Positions 20,562 to 30,763 of a stretch of 64,000 nt of DNA are shown one piece after another. Where the stretch lies: positions 64,001-128,000 of IMG/VR virus record IMGVR_UViG_3300033068_001957. One strand, given 5' to 3'. Positions within the stretch are counted from its first letter, which is position 1; every line of letters starts with the position of its first letter. The translations under genes were made by a program, and so were the position numbers. The notes under the pieces were generated by a model. The model was not told the DNA's origin. It saw nothing but the letters and a program-made list of their open reading frames with translations, and ran no database searches. This DNA is from a virus. Its lineage: Duplodnaviria > Caudoviricetes.

Positions 20562-21047
20562 ATGCCAGAAGAATACTATATTAACGGGAGCAATCCTGAA
20601 CTCGAAAAAGATTTGCTGAGTTTATTCGCCAAGTTTTGCTTTAAGAGTGAGCCTTTACCAATTTTCGGCGAAGGAAGGACTGTTTCTCAAAAGTTTTCGG
20701 CCATTTATAGGTATTTTGATGAGAATTTTAGGGGTGGTATTTGTTTTTATGAGGGAAACAAGGCTTTTGTCATGTATCAAGAAGGCCAAAAATGGCTTGA
20801 CAATGAAATCCCCGAATTCTACGGCAAAAAAGTCGCAGTAATGATAATGGGAGCGAGTCTCAATAACGACATGGAAGAAATGATCTGGTGCGTTCGGGCC
20901 GTAAAAGAAAGTCTCAAAAAATTGAAAGACCACTACAAATTCGACGTTGTTGCTTGGAACATCAACAGAGTTCGTAATAAAAAACCCTTCGAGCGTATAA
21001 TGGAAATTCTTGGCGGCAAAAAATTAAGAGATTGCTATTATGTCTAA
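20562..21047 (+). CDS. hypothetical protein
   Basis: 161-aa ORF divergent from tail operon. Confidence 0.6.
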   Translation: MPEEYYINGSNPELEKDLLSLFAKFCFKSEPLPIFGEGRTVSQKFSAIYRYFDENFRGGICFYEGNKAFVMYQEGQKWLDNEIPEFYGKKVAVMIMGASLNNDMEEMIWCVRAVKESLKKLKDHYKFDVVAWNINRVRNKKPFERIMEILGGKKLRDCYYV

Positions 21048-21199
21048 ACCAGAATTGAGAAATTTGCCCATGTCGGCGTATAGTCTTTTGGACAAGCTCG
21101 GGATGCTATATGAGTTATATCCAGAAGCCACGGGTGAATGGGACATCGACTGTCCTGCGCCGAGAATTTCAGCTAAAGAAAAAATCCTAAATATTATAA

Positions 21200-21712
21200 A
21201 TGGCTTACCAAAATAAACACGATGTCTCAGGAGTTAATTCTAGAGATGGGAATAATGCCGAGGAACTTTTTCGACAACTCGCTGAAAACCAAGGATATAC
21301 CGTTACCGACGCTACAAAAACAGAGCAATTTGCCCACATTGATTTCTGGCTAGAAAAAGATGGGAATAGATGGAGCTTTGACTGCAAAGCAAGAAAGAAG
21401 ATTCGGCGAGAAGATAAGGATTTTTCTGATGAGTTCTGTTGGTTGGAATTCGTGTCAGTTAATAATTCGGCTGGCTGGTTAAGAGGGTTAGCTCGATATA
21501 TCGTTTTCGAAAGGGAGAATGATTTTCTCATTGTTGATAGAAAACTTTTGCTAGAATTGGCCGAAAAGATCGTAGATTTTGATACAATTGTGGATCGTCC
21601 GCATAAAGCATTGCGCAAAATTTATCGCCGCTTCAAGAGAAAAGATCAAATTAGTTACGTAGAGTTCGCAGAAATAGAAAAGCTAGAGCATAAGATTTGG
21701 AAAAAATTCTAG
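21200..21712 (+). CDS. PD-(D/E)XK family nuclease
   Basis: G..AEE.F...HIDF...DCK...WLE...GW. Confidence 0.7.
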   Translation: MAYQNKHDVSGVNSRDGNNAEELFRQLAENQGYTVTDATKTEQFAHIDFWLEKDGNRWSFDCKARKKIRREDKDFSDEFCWLEFVSVNNSAGWLRGLARYIVFERENDFLIVDRKLLLELAEKIVDFDTIVDRPHKALRKIYRRFKRKDQISYVEFAEIEKLEHKIWKKF

Positions 21713-21736
21713 AGCTATTTGGTGTAATTCTCTTAT

Positions 21737-22735
21737 ATGGAAAATATACATCGGTGCATACCAAATGGTTTTTATGTCTATATTTTATTAGATCCAAGGT
21801 ATGAAGGCTTATTTAAATACGGAGAAGATTTAGAATTTTGCTTTCGCCCCTATTACGTAGGCAAGGGTGTAGGCAGAAGATATTTAAGACATTTTCATGA
21901 GTCTGAGTTTAAGAGGACGTACAATCAGCATAAAAATAATATTACGAAAAAGATAATGTTAGAAGGCTATGATCCTATTGATTTTGTTGTTTTCTTTAGG
22001 GATGGAATGGAAGAGAGTAGTGCTTTAGAATTAGAAAAGGAGATTATTTCTAAAATTGGTTGTACGTCATTAAAAAATGGTCCTCTTTCCAATAAAACTT
22101 CTGGGGGAGAAAGCCCAGGCTCATTTTTGAGAGGGCTTACATGGGAGCAAAGATATGGCGAAGATAAGGCGAAAGAGATGAAGATTAAAGCATCTAAGAT
22201 ACAAAAAACAATAAAAAAACCAGATCAAAGCGGCGAAAAAAACGCTTTCTTTGGGAAAAAACATTCAGAAGAAACAAAATTAAAATTAAGAAATTGCTTT
22301 TTGAAGCCTATTGTCAGGATAAGTGAATTTTTGGATATAAAAGAATATTCATCTCCCTGTGTTGCCGCCGAAGAAATGAAAAATTGTTTATCGACTTCAA
22401 TCAGTCACTCAGCGACTCAAACATCCAAAGGGATTCATTGCACGTCAGCTAATTTTGTATGGATATATAAAAAAGCTTTTGAGAATTTTTCTCAAGAAGA
22501 ATTAAAGGAATTTGTGAAAAGATCTTTTTTGCGTAAAAATCACGATAAAAAGAAGATTTGTCAATTAGACAGGAATACGAAAAAAGTAATCAAGGTTTGG
22601 GAGTCTATTTCGGATGCTGCTGAAAATATTTTTGGGAGTAGAAAAAGAACGGGAGATATTTCTGCCGCAATTACGCATGACCGACAATGCATGGGTTTCA
22701 GGTGGGAGAACGCGACAGCGGATGACGTTCCATAA
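21737..22735 (+). CDS. GIY-YIG homing endonuclease with NUMOD3 motif
   Basis: YVYIL...YYVGKG...E..II...N..SGG; GEKNAFFGKKHSEETK. Confidence 0.85.
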   Translation: MENIHRCIPNGFYVYILLDPRYEGLFKYGEDLEFCFRPYYVGKGVGRRYLRHFHESEFKRTYNQHKNNITKKIMLEGYDPIDFVVFFRDGMEESSALELEKEIISKIGCTSLKNGPLSNKTSGGESPGSFLRGLTWEQRYGEDKAKEMKIKASKIQKTIKKPDQSGEKNAFFGKKHSEETKLKLRNCFLKPIVRISEFLDIKEYSSPCVAAEEMKNCLSTSISHSATQTSKGIHCTSANFVWIYKKAFENFSQEELKEFVKRSFLRKNHDKKKICQLDRNTKKVIKVWESISDAAENIFGSRKRTGDISAAITHDRQCMGFRWENATADDVP

Positions 22736-22801
22736 AAAACAAAGAAAAGACTTGCTTTCTATTGTTGAAACGGCTAAAGTGAGGGAAATAGCACAAAAAA
22801 T

Positions 22802-23002
22802 ATGGCCCAAACACAACGCCCCTATCACGTCCTCCTAGAAAAGGCTGGACATATCCTAAAGAGAGAAAGCGACGGAGATGTTGACATCTTTGTTCTCGAT
22901 AATGGTTATCACAATGGGCCAGGATGTGAGCTTTGTGGCGAAAGCTGGTGCCATCACTGTGAAGAAGAAATCGAACCCTGCACTGGCAAAAAAGATGAAT
23001 AA
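22802..23002 (+). CDS. small Cys/His protein
   Basis: HNGPGCELCG..WCHHC. Confidence 0.65.
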   Translation: MAQTQRPYHVLLEKAGHILKRESDGDVDIFVLDNGYHNGPGCELCGESWCHHCEEEIEPCTGKKDE

Positions 23003-23216
23003 ATACCGCGTCTATATCTCTCAAGTAAATCAAACCTACGTCGAAGTTTCGGCCAAAAACGAAGAAGACGCGAGAGAAAAAGGCTACCGCAAGTGGAGAA
23101 AAGAATACGCCCATAGCAATGTCATGTCTGTAGAGGAAATTGATGACCCAAAAGGCGAATATGGATGCCAACCCGAATTTCATCAAAGAAAGGCTTGCAT
23201 GCGAAGATTACAGTAG
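22995..23216 (+). CDS. hypothetical protein
   Basis: VEVSAKNEEDARE motif common in small phage proteins. Confidence 0.6.
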   Translation: MNKYRVYISQVNQTYVEVSAKNEEDAREKGYRKWRKEYAHSNVMSVEEIDDPKGEYGCQPEFHQRKACMRRLQ

Positions 23217-23393
23217 TAGATTGAACATATGAACATAACAATCCCCAAATCCTTCCTCGAAGAAATCCAGCAATGGATGATGGCTAATGATTACGAATGC
23301 GGCCCGCAAGGGTCTGAAATTTATGACAAAATTTCAAAATACCTTGACGCCGCAGAACAATCCGCTATCATTGATTCCACAACACTCTAAATC

Positions 23394-23954
23394 ATGCACC
23401 CAGACCTAAAAATCGGCCAAATCATTATCGGCCCGCAGCAAAAAGATGCTACGCATATTGCGTTAATGCCTGTTGTCGCGGCAGAAAACATGCCTCCTGG
23501 CGCTCATATTGGGTTATCAAATAAAGGAGAAGCCTGCCAAGGGACCAAACATATTGGTATCGTTGACCCTTTTTTGAAAACAAAAGTTTTGCGCGGCGAT
23601 ACTTTCTGGATGTTTATGTATCCAAATACAGTAGCAAATTTGCGCCACGATTGGGATCATCCCGCGCTCGCCAAAATTGAAAAAATCAGACAAAAAGAAA
23701 ATTCTTCAACTTCTAGAGAATGGTTGGTAAGTTATGCCTTAAGAAATATTTATAGCGATACTTCTTATACTGCTGACGAAGCTTACGAAGCTCTTATTGA
23801 TCAAGTAAAGGGCGGCGATTTAACTTTTTATGGCACTGATTGCCATGGTTTGGGAGATGTCCCAGATTCGACAGAATTGTTTCGTCATTTATCCGTGGTT
23901 TTAGACAGAGAAATTACTGAGAAGAGTTTTGATTATTTTGGATGTTCTTGCTAA
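23394..23954 (+). CDS. hypothetical phage protein
   Basis: 186-aa ORF. Confidence 0.7.
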   Translation: MHPDLKIGQIIIGPQQKDATHIALMPVVAAENMPPGAHIGLSNKGEACQGTKHIGIVDPFLKTKVLRGDTFWMFMYPNTVANLRHDWDHPALAKIEKIRQKENSSTSREWLVSYALRNIYSDTSYTADEAYEALIDQVKGGDLTFYGTDCHGLGDVPDSTELFRHLSVVLDREITEKSFDYFGCSC

Positions 23955-23955
23955 T

Positions 23956-24213
23956 ATGAATAAAGCCGCCGAAATCCTTTTTGACCGCGAAAATGTTCGC
24001 AATTGGCAATGTGATTATACCCATGAGAATGGTAATTATGTCAATACCTGCGATTCTTGCCTGCGCAAATTTGTCGGCCACAAAAGAAGATTCACATGCC
24101 GCGAGTGCTATTTAGTTGCCGACTGCTTTAACCCAAATGAGACAGATGAACAGTACTTTCTCCGCCGCAAGAAAGAGTTGGGATTAGACGCATACTACAA
24201 ACACCTAGAATAA
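23956..24213 (+). CDS. small Zn-finger protein
   Basis: CxxC...GHKRR..CxxC. Confidence 0.6.
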   Translation: MNKAAEILFDRENVRNWQCDYTHENGNYVNTCDSCLRKFVGHKRRFTCRECYLVADCFNPNETDEQYFLRRKKELGLDAYYKHLE

Positions 24214-24221
24214 AAACAACC

Positions 24222-24443
24222 ATGGACTTAACAAATTTTACTATTGGCAAATCCCACAGAGAGGGGCCAGTTTTTCTCGGCAAACTATCTAAAGATAGAA
24301 AACGCTGGCTTTCCAGAAAGGAAATCACTGATGAGTTTTTAGAACTTATTATCGCCTACGTAGGAGAAGACAGAACCATTGATATAGAAGACGGAAGTGG
24401 CAAAAAACTCTATGAAATTACAGTAAAGAAAATCAATGTTTGA
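24222..24443 (+). CDS. hypothetical protein
   Basis: packed ORF. Confidence 0.6.
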   Translation: MDLTNFTIGKSHREGPVFLGKLSKDRKRWLSRKEITDEFLELIIAYVGEDRTIDIEDGSGKKLYEITVKKINV

Positions 24444-25104
24444 CGCTCTGCCCACATCCAAGTATAAATGGGTTCACAGCATGATTGCATTGCAGATTCC
24501 AAAAACGGGATCAACATCGCTCTCATCCGTAATCGGCCAAAGAAATTTAATACAAAAACACAAACAGCTTTTCATCAACAAATTCCAAAACCATCCATTA
24601 TACAGGGGAACTTTCGACACACGTCACGCCGTTCCAGCACATGTTTATGAGGTTTTTTCTGATAAAGTGAGGGGATTTTTTTCTTTCGCCGTAAAAAGAG
24701 AGCCATTCTCAAGAATTGAAAGCGCTTTTGCCTTCGGGAAAAAGAAGAAGTTTGGCGGGCTCTATGGATTAAAAGACGATTGTTCTTTCGAGGATTTTGT
24801 TAATTTTCTTTTCGAGAGGTGGCAGCAAAATGCCCAAGACATCTTAATTTTAAAGAGAGAAACCGAGTGGACTCACAGCAGTTACTTTCACCCCAACAGA
24901 ATTCTTTCTTTTGAAAATCTTAGTGTAGATTGGCGTAAAATGCTGGAAGATTATCATATTGAGGGTTTGCCGATTGAATTGCCGAGAGAAAATGTTTCAG
25001 ACAGAGCATCTATAAATTTTTCTTGGACGCCCGAATTAAGGGATAAAGTTTACAAGATATACGAGCCAGACTTCGATTTATTGGGGTACTCATATAAATA
25101 CTAA
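24436..25104 (+). CDS. sulfotransferase family 2 protein
   Basis: IPKTGSTS, KREPFSRIESAF, FENL..D, Y..DF.LLGY. Confidence 0.85.
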   Translation: MFDALPTSKYKWVHSMIALQIPKTGSTSLSSVIGQRNLIQKHKQLFINKFQNHPLYRGTFDTRHAVPAHVYEVFSDKVRGFFSFAVKREPFSRIESAFAFGKKKKFGGLYGLKDDCSFEDFVNFLFERWQQNAQDILILKRETEWTHSSYFHPNRILSFENLSVDWRKMLEDYHIEGLPIELPRENVSDRASINFSWTPELRDKVYKIYEPDFDLLGYSYKY

Positions 25105-25324
25105 GGAAAGTATTCGCCGCCAATTAAAAAACAATTAGAGTTTAATTGAAAGAGTCTCGGACAATGCTCCCCCTCCCCTCATAGAAACAAGGGTTAGGAG
25201 AGTGCTGTATTAGATTTGTTTTGCTTCGCCCTAATATATAAACCCCCAGCGAATTTTCCATTTTATAAAGCGACGGAGCTTGGGTTCTCACTCCCAGCCA
25301 TAACCGCATACAACCGTGTTTGAA

Positions 25325-25445
25325 GCTAAACTTACGATTAGAAAAAGCAAAAGGCTACCGATCTGTAGGGGATTCACGGTAGCCTTCGCTGGTGTCTAAT
25401 CAGGGGAGGATTGATCTTCCCCTACAGAAGACAACCTTATCATAA
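25325..25445 (-). ncRNA. candidate structured small RNA / terminator-switch
   Basis: three mutually interacting inverted repeats downstream of a GTGTAA motif; strand inferred. Confidence 0.45.
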
Positions 25446-25517
25446 CAATATTACACGTCTAAAACGATTTTTCAAAGAAATCCTTGACATTTGTTGTCTT
25501 TTGTTCTAATATAACAC

Positions 25518-25724
25518 GTGAAGTCCCACACCATCATTCGCATTTCCCAAAACCAAGGCATCGAACAAGAAATCACACCCACATGTTCCTGCGGTTGGAA
25601 AGGTTGGACAGAATACGCCCACAATGATCATATGTATTCTAATTTAAAAGAACAGGAAGAAAAACATCTAAAAGATTCCGCCGAAGAGGATAAAAAACAT
25701 CTTGCCGAACAATCAAAACAGTAG
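25518..25724 (+). CDS. hypothetical protein
   Basis: leaderless promoter TTGACA-N17-TAATAT-N5-GTG; CSCGW motif. Confidence 0.65.
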   Translation: MKSHTIIRISQNQGIEQEITPTCSCGWKGWTEYAHNDHMYSNLKEQEEKHLKDSAEEDKKHLAEQSKQ

Positions 25725-25736
25725 TAAGTTGTCAAC

Positions 25737-25949
25737 ATGACTGACCACGACCTAAATCTCCGCGAACACGCCTACGCAATGACTATCGCTGTTCAAACGA
25801 TGGTAGAAGCAATGGGTATGCAAGCCGAAAACCAATTCCGCCTAGGAAACGGCGATTCGATTCTCTATGGGAAAGAATCGTTCGACGACCTTATTAACAA
25901 AAACGGATGCTGCCACAATGGCGTGTTGTCTTTACTATGGGCTTATTAA
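25737..25949 (+). CDS. hypothetical protein
   Basis: own leaderless promoter. Confidence 0.65.
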   Translation: MTDHDLNLREHAYAMTIAVQTMVEAMGMQAENQFRLGNGDSILYGKESFDDLINKNGCCHNGVLSLLWAY

Positions 25950-25950
25950 T

Positions 25951-26316
25951 ATGAAACTTTCTCAAAATGAAAAACGCCTAAAGATTGCAGAGACCTTGGG
26001 TTTTACTGGAATTTTTCAAGAAAAGAATGGCCAATTTTATGGTCATTTTTCTGGCGATATAGATTATATCATTGACGAACATCGAGAGTTGGTTAATTTT
26101 TATCATCTACCGTTTTATTTTGACGATTTAAACGCTTGTATGGATTTTAAGAAATTTCTGAGCGGCGATCAGATTGTGGATTTTATTAATATTTTATATA
26201 ATTTAACTTTTATTCCCAATTCTCTCGATAGGGACTATGGAATCGTCTTTGCCGAAGCAAAACATTATTGTGAGGCTTTCGGGCGGGCTCTAAAACTCTG
26301 GAAAGAAAACGAATAA
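25951..26316 (+). CDS. hypothetical protein
   Basis: packed ORF, start corrected. Confidence 0.6.
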   Translation: MKLSQNEKRLKIAETLGFTGIFQEKNGQFYGHFSGDIDYIIDEHRELVNFYHLPFYFDDLNACMDFKKFLSGDQIVDFINILYNLTFIPNSLDRDYGIVFAEAKHYCEAFGRALKLWKENE

Positions 26317-26321
26317 ATAAT

Positions 26322-26570
26322 ATGCAAAAAACATATAAAGTAGTCGGGTCAAATGGGGCGCACAGTAATTTGCTCAATACAGTCATTACTGGCGAACAAA
26401 CCCCTATCGTAGGATATGATCAATTTTATTCTTTTGTTATGGGCGAAATCGACTACGATCTAGAAATCCAGATGGTCGATATAGTTGACGGGCAAGAATA
26501 TCTCTTTTGCTGGTTGACAAGCGAAGAAAATTGTGGTAGAGTTGCCCTACAGGAGGTCGAAACGCCATGA
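26322..26570 (+). CDS. hypothetical protein
   Basis: packed ORF. Confidence 0.6.
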   Translation: MQKTYKVVGSNGAHSNLLNTVITGEQTPIVGYDQFYSFVMGEIDYDLEIQMVDIVDGQEYLFCWLTSEENCGRVALQEVETP

Positions 26571-26730
26571 AATTAAACAAGTCAAAAGAAAAAACAAAAA
26601 CCCAAAAAGAACAACTTCGGGCGATGTTTCCCGATCTATTTTTCGGCGCGAAAAAGAAAGAAGTCGAAGACTCCAGAAATGAGTTATTTGATTCGCCCGC
26701 GTTCTTGTTTAGAGAGAAAACAAATTTTAA

Positions 26731-27084
26731 ATGAGCCATTCTTATTATCATGCTAAATCGTCTGCCAAAATTCACGGCGGGAAATGGGAAGATTTCATGC
26801 CACTACATTCATGGTTTGATGAAACTAAGGCTCATTTTTGTGATAATCGGCATAGAATTTTACGTCACCATAGCGAAGGAATTTTTTTAGCGGAGAAAAT
26901 TTTTGGCCCCACAATTAAAAATTCAAACAATAAGGACATTCCCACTAGAGTGCTAGGAGAGCAGCATATGATTGAAGATTTCGGCTGGATTCCGAATGTG
27001 GCAGACTGGTTAAACGAACTGCCCATGCAGAAATGGATGTATAAGAAAAGCAAAAAATTAAGCAAAAACCCTACCCTACAATAA
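26731..27084 (+). CDS. His-rich conserved protein (DUF6915-like)
   Basis: HAKSSA..HGG...HSWFD.TK...HR.LRHH.EG...EQH..ED.G.IP. Confidence 0.65.
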   Translation: MSHSYYHAKSSAKIHGGKWEDFMPLHSWFDETKAHFCDNRHRILRHHSEGIFLAEKIFGPTIKNSNNKDIPTRVLGEQHMIEDFGWIPNVADWLNELPMQKWMYKKSKKLSKNPTLQ

Positions 27085-27085
27085 T

Positions 27086-27490
27086 ATGACCCTAAACCAA
27101 GCCGTAAAAAACCACAACGCTCGCCAACAATCCCTAGAGGATGATTTCTTTAAAGATTTGTCTGTCTGGATCAAAAAGATCAAGCCAGACGCCACAAGTT
27201 TTGAATTCGACGGCAATCAAGAATCAGATGATGAGGGCGGATCGACTTATTACTTTTCGAGCTTGACAATTAACGGCGAAAGCTTGGAAGAATCTATTGC
27301 GGCGCTTCCTTTTCAGGATTTGAAGGAAAAATTGCCCGACATTTTCGGCGATCTAGAAGAATCTGAATTTAATGAATACGAAGACGCCGACGAACGTATG
27401 GAAGTTTTGATAGACAGTATGAGAGATGCAATGTATGGTCTTCCAGAATTCATTTATGAGCACGGCGAACATAAGATTAAGATTAAATGA
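27086..27490 (+). CDS. acidic hypothetical protein
   Basis: packed ORF, D/E rich. Confidence 0.65.
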   Translation: MTLNQAVKNHNARQQSLEDDFFKDLSVWIKKIKPDATSFEFDGNQESDDEGGSTYYFSSLTINGESLEESIAALPFQDLKEKLPDIFGDLEESEFNEYEDADERMEVLIDSMRDAMYGLPEFIYEHGEHKIKIK

Positions 27491-27783
27491 ACAAACCAAA
27501 ATTCCCACTCTGGGACCAATTCGTAGAAGATAAATCAAGCTGGATCGGCGGACTTCTTACAGACCACGATTCAATGATGGGCGATCATTCTACAATTATT
27601 AAAGATATTTGTTTAGAAGAAATCGGCGGCGGATGGGCCTTTTGTGTAGAAGGACATGATTTTGGGTGTTCTTTTAATGTAGAAAATGGCGGCATTTCTG
27701 GCCGTCCCATTGAAGATCAGAGCGGAAAGTCTTTGAACTTTTGGGTTTACGGAGGGTTGAGTTTTACCATCGAAAAGCCATGA
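27487..27783 (+). CDS. hypothetical protein
   Basis: ATGA coupling. Confidence 0.6.
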   Translation: MNKPKFPLWDQFVEDKSSWIGGLLTDHDSMMGDHSTIIKDICLEEIGGGWAFCVEGHDFGCSFNVENGGISGRPIEDQSGKSLNFWVYGGLSFTIEKP

Positions 27784-28108
27784 AGCCATTACTCATCTCA
27801 ACAACTTTCGCCGTCATGCTAGTTTGTAGCATGCTATATATTTCCCACGCCAAAATCCCAGTAAAATACTCCCAATATTTTGCCGACAAGAAAATCACTC
27901 TTGTTGAACATATGACTTACGCCCAAAAATTGAGTCTGCCGCGAAAGAATGGGTTTGTGAAGTTGGAAGACTAAATGATTTCGGCAATCAAAAGATTTTT
28001 AAGTATTTTTCGCCACAAGTGCGACTTTCTCATTTTTGAGAGAGAAGACCGACAAATAGTAATCAAACGATGCAAATCGTGCAACAAAACAATTTTTCTT
28101 TATAAATA

Positions 28109-28798
28109 ATGGGCTGCTTAAAACAACAGAATATGATCAAAAAAACAAAAATACAGCAAATAGTAAATTGTTTCGAAACGGGGAGCGCGGAAGGTAATTA
28201 TGGAGCAGTTGATATGTTCTTCGACGGCCCAAATAAGGTCAAACAGCTAACCGCAGGACGAAGTGGTGCGACTCAGTATGGTAATCTGCCAGAGCTTTTT
28301 AAACGCTATGTGCAAGCAAATGGGCAATACGCGCAACAAATCTCTCGATGCTTAAAATGGAGTGTTTCAAATCCAAATTGGACAAGCGATAAAGAATTTC
28401 ATGATTTTATTCGTAAGGCAGGGAACGATCCCATTATGCGAGAAGTTCAAGACAAGCTATTTGACGATAAATACTGGAACCCAGCAATGCTTTGGGCCGA
28501 TAATAATAGCTTCAAAGAAAACTTATCGCTACTCGTAATCTACGATTCTTATATTCACAGCGGCGGAATCCTCTCATTTTTGAGAAAACGCTTCCCTGCC
28601 ATGACGCCAAAAACTGGTGGCGATGAAAAACAGTGGATTACCCAATATCTTGACACGCGCCATCAGTGGTTGAAATATCATAGCAATCCTATTCTTAGGA
28701 ATACCATCTACCGTACCGCAGATATGAAGCGGGCGATTTCTGCTAATGATTGGAATCTTGATTTGACATTTGTTGCTAACTCTGTTAAAGTAGCATAA
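28109..28798 (+). CDS. chitosanase-like (GH46/lysozyme fold) putative endolysin
   Basis: FETG...YG...DG...TAGRSGAT; QDKLFDDKYWNPA; YDSYIHSG; followed by spanin-like genes. Confidence 0.75.
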   Translation: MGCLKQQNMIKKTKIQQIVNCFETGSAEGNYGAVDMFFDGPNKVKQLTAGRSGATQYGNLPELFKRYVQANGQYAQQISRCLKWSVSNPNWTSDKEFHDFIRKAGNDPIMREVQDKLFDDKYWNPAMLWADNNSFKENLSLLVIYDSYIHSGGILSFLRKRFPAMTPKTGGDEKQWITQYLDTRHQWLKYHSNPILRNTIYRTADMKRAISANDWNLDLTFVANSVKVA

Positions 28799-28799
28799 T

Positions 28800-29048
28800 A
28801 TGACCTTTCTTTATACTTTTCAAGCTCTCTGTCAGGCTGCAACAGCATACTTTACACTAAGGAACAAGCTTGCGTTCTTCGATATTGAAGAGAGAGTAGA
28901 TGCCAGACTAGATAAGATGGAAAAAGAACGCGCCAGACTTAGGCTAATCGCAACACAAGAAACCCAAGCTCAAGCAGATTTAGTGATCAATGAAATAACC
29001 GAAGAAAAACGAAAATTCGCCGCCCTTAAGAAAGAATTTAATCTGTAA
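28800..29048 (+). CDS. putative i-spanin
   Basis: hydrophobic N-terminus plus coiled coil, between endolysin and lipoprotein. Confidence 0.45.
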   Translation: MTFLYTFQALCQAATAYFTLRNKLAFFDIEERVDARLDKMEKERARLRLIATQETQAQADLVINEITEEKRKFAALKKEFNL

Positions 29049-29049
29049 T

Positions 29050-29277
29050 ATGAAAATCCTACTAGCAACAACCCTTCTTTTAATTTCTTGCGCCGCTAAG
29101 AAAGAACAAATGACGGCAGTTCAACGTATTTACCAGCCGAAAGTCTTAATTCTTGCACCAGCCACTACTGTAAAAACTATCGACGGCGATTATATCTCTA
29201 ACCCTATCCAGCGAGAAATTTGGCATAGTGCTCAAACAGTTGAAGATTTGGAACAAACACTTTCGAGCTTTAAATAG
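29050..29277 (+). CDS. lipoprotein, putative o-spanin
   Basis: lipobox MKILLATTLLLISC. Confidence 0.55.
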   Translation: MKILLATTLLLISCAAKKEQMTAVQRIYQPKVLILAPATTVKTIDGDYISNPIQREIWHSAQTVEDLEQTLSSFK

Positions 29278-29330
29278 TAGGTTGACAACAATCAAATCAC
29301 GCCCATAGTTACTCCCACTAAATAAAACAC

Positions 29331-29849
29331 ATGACTAGTTACTTCCACCTTCCAAAACAACATCCCTTGGCCGTAAAAATGTTCGCCCTCCTTGAAGATC
29401 AAAAAGTTACTAGAGAAGTTTGGTTGGCGTTTATCGCCGAAATTGGAGCTAAGGATGCAACAGGAAACGGAGTCTTCTTTTTCGCCGAAAATAAAAAACC
29501 AAATAAGCTTTGGATCAAGGCTAAAAAACAAAAATGGGATGAAACAGGTTTCATCGTTTCGAAGAAAACAGAAGAGGGAAAAGCTCTTTACAACAAAATA
29601 TGCGATCTTCCAGAGCGAATTGGCGCAGGCACTTCATTGATGCTCAGACTTTTTGGCGATGAACCAAGTCTTAATATTGTCACAGAAGATAGCTCGCAGT
29701 GTCTTATTTTTGATGCTATCCGAGAGCATGGATATATTGGTCTCAAGAAAAAAGACGATGAAATTTATATGGAAGGATCGTCCTTCTGGCTCTTTGGAAA
29801 CAACGATGGCGTGAAAGAACTTATGGCATCTGAATATTTGAATAAATAG
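29331..29849 (+). CDS. hypothetical protein
   Basis: 172-aa ORF with upstream TTGACA promoter. Confidence 0.65.
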   Translation: MTSYFHLPKQHPLAVKMFALLEDQKVTREVWLAFIAEIGAKDATGNGVFFFAENKKPNKLWIKAKKQKWDETGFIVSKKTEEGKALYNKICDLPERIGAGTSLMLRLFGDEPSLNIVTEDSSQCLIFDAIREHGYIGLKKKDDEIYMEGSSFWLFGNNDGVKELMASEYLNK

Positions 29850-30235
29850 TCATGTGGCCCTTCTCATCTAAACCCGAACCAATCTGGGAACAAGTCGAAA
29901 AAAAGTTCCTCCGCCAAAAGACAGATGTTCCATTGCATGTTTGGGATACTATGGATGTATTTAATGTCTACGCTATCACCTACAAAGATGTTTTGACGGG
30001 TAAAAAGAAAATCGAAGAAATTCACGAATTAGTATGGTAAATTATTATACAGACAGCGCCCGAAAGTCTTTGTGGGTATTATCAAATCCAATGGACGGAA
30101 ATTATAAATCCATTATATGTTTCGCGGCGGAAGAAGATTCGGGCTTTCATGTGGGTCAGCGAGCAAATAATCCCAAGCTTGACAACTCCAACTGGCAACC
30201 CCTCGAAGGCGAGATTTCAATTTCAGATATTCTGT

Positions 30236-30763
30236 ATGTTTAATTTTGACCCCTTCTATAAAGAGCATTTTCCGAAGATCAGAGATTACGCCCGCATTCA
30301 TGGTCTGCAACTTGCAGACTGCGAAGACATTTCTCAAGACATCCTTCATGGTTTTTGGCGGAAAATCCAAGATGGGCGGGCGAATCCAAACGATCAGGGA
30401 GTCTTGAAGTATTTATACAAGCTCGCCAAGTGGCGAATCATAGATAAAGCACGAAAAAATATCACCCACAACAAAAACTACGATCAAGTCGGCCCAGAAA
30501 ATGATCTTGACGAGCTAATTAAGGATGAGGACGAAAACCAAGGCTGGAAACGCGAAATCCTCTGGCGGGCAACAAAACAAATTAAACCATTAGTAACAAC
30601 AAAATATTACAACTGCTTTGTGGCCCAAGTTTTTGAAGATAAACACCCAAGCGAAATGCTCAATCTTTACGGAGTTAAAATCGCCAATGCTTATCTGGCG
30701 CGTCATAGGGTCGGCCAAAAAGTAATCGCCGCCGCAAAAGAACTAATCAAGGATGGAATTTAG
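30236..30763 (+). CDS. ECF-type sigma-70 factor
   Basis: DCEDISQDI...YLYKLAKWRIIDKARK (region 2); AYLARHRV (region 4). Confidence 0.85.
   Translation: MFNFDPFYKEHFPKIRDYARIHGLQLADCEDISQDILHGFWRKIQDGRANPNDQGVLKYLYKLAKWRIIDKARKNITHNKNYDQVGPENDLDELIKDEDENQGWKREILWRATKQIKPLVTTKYYNCFVAQVFEDKHPSEMLNLYGVKIANAYLARHRVGQKVIAAAKELIKDGI

Noticed and set aside
28101-28108. T4-type TATAAATA late promoter before the endolysin
   Set aside because: Isolated instance in AT-rich DNA, abutting the ATG
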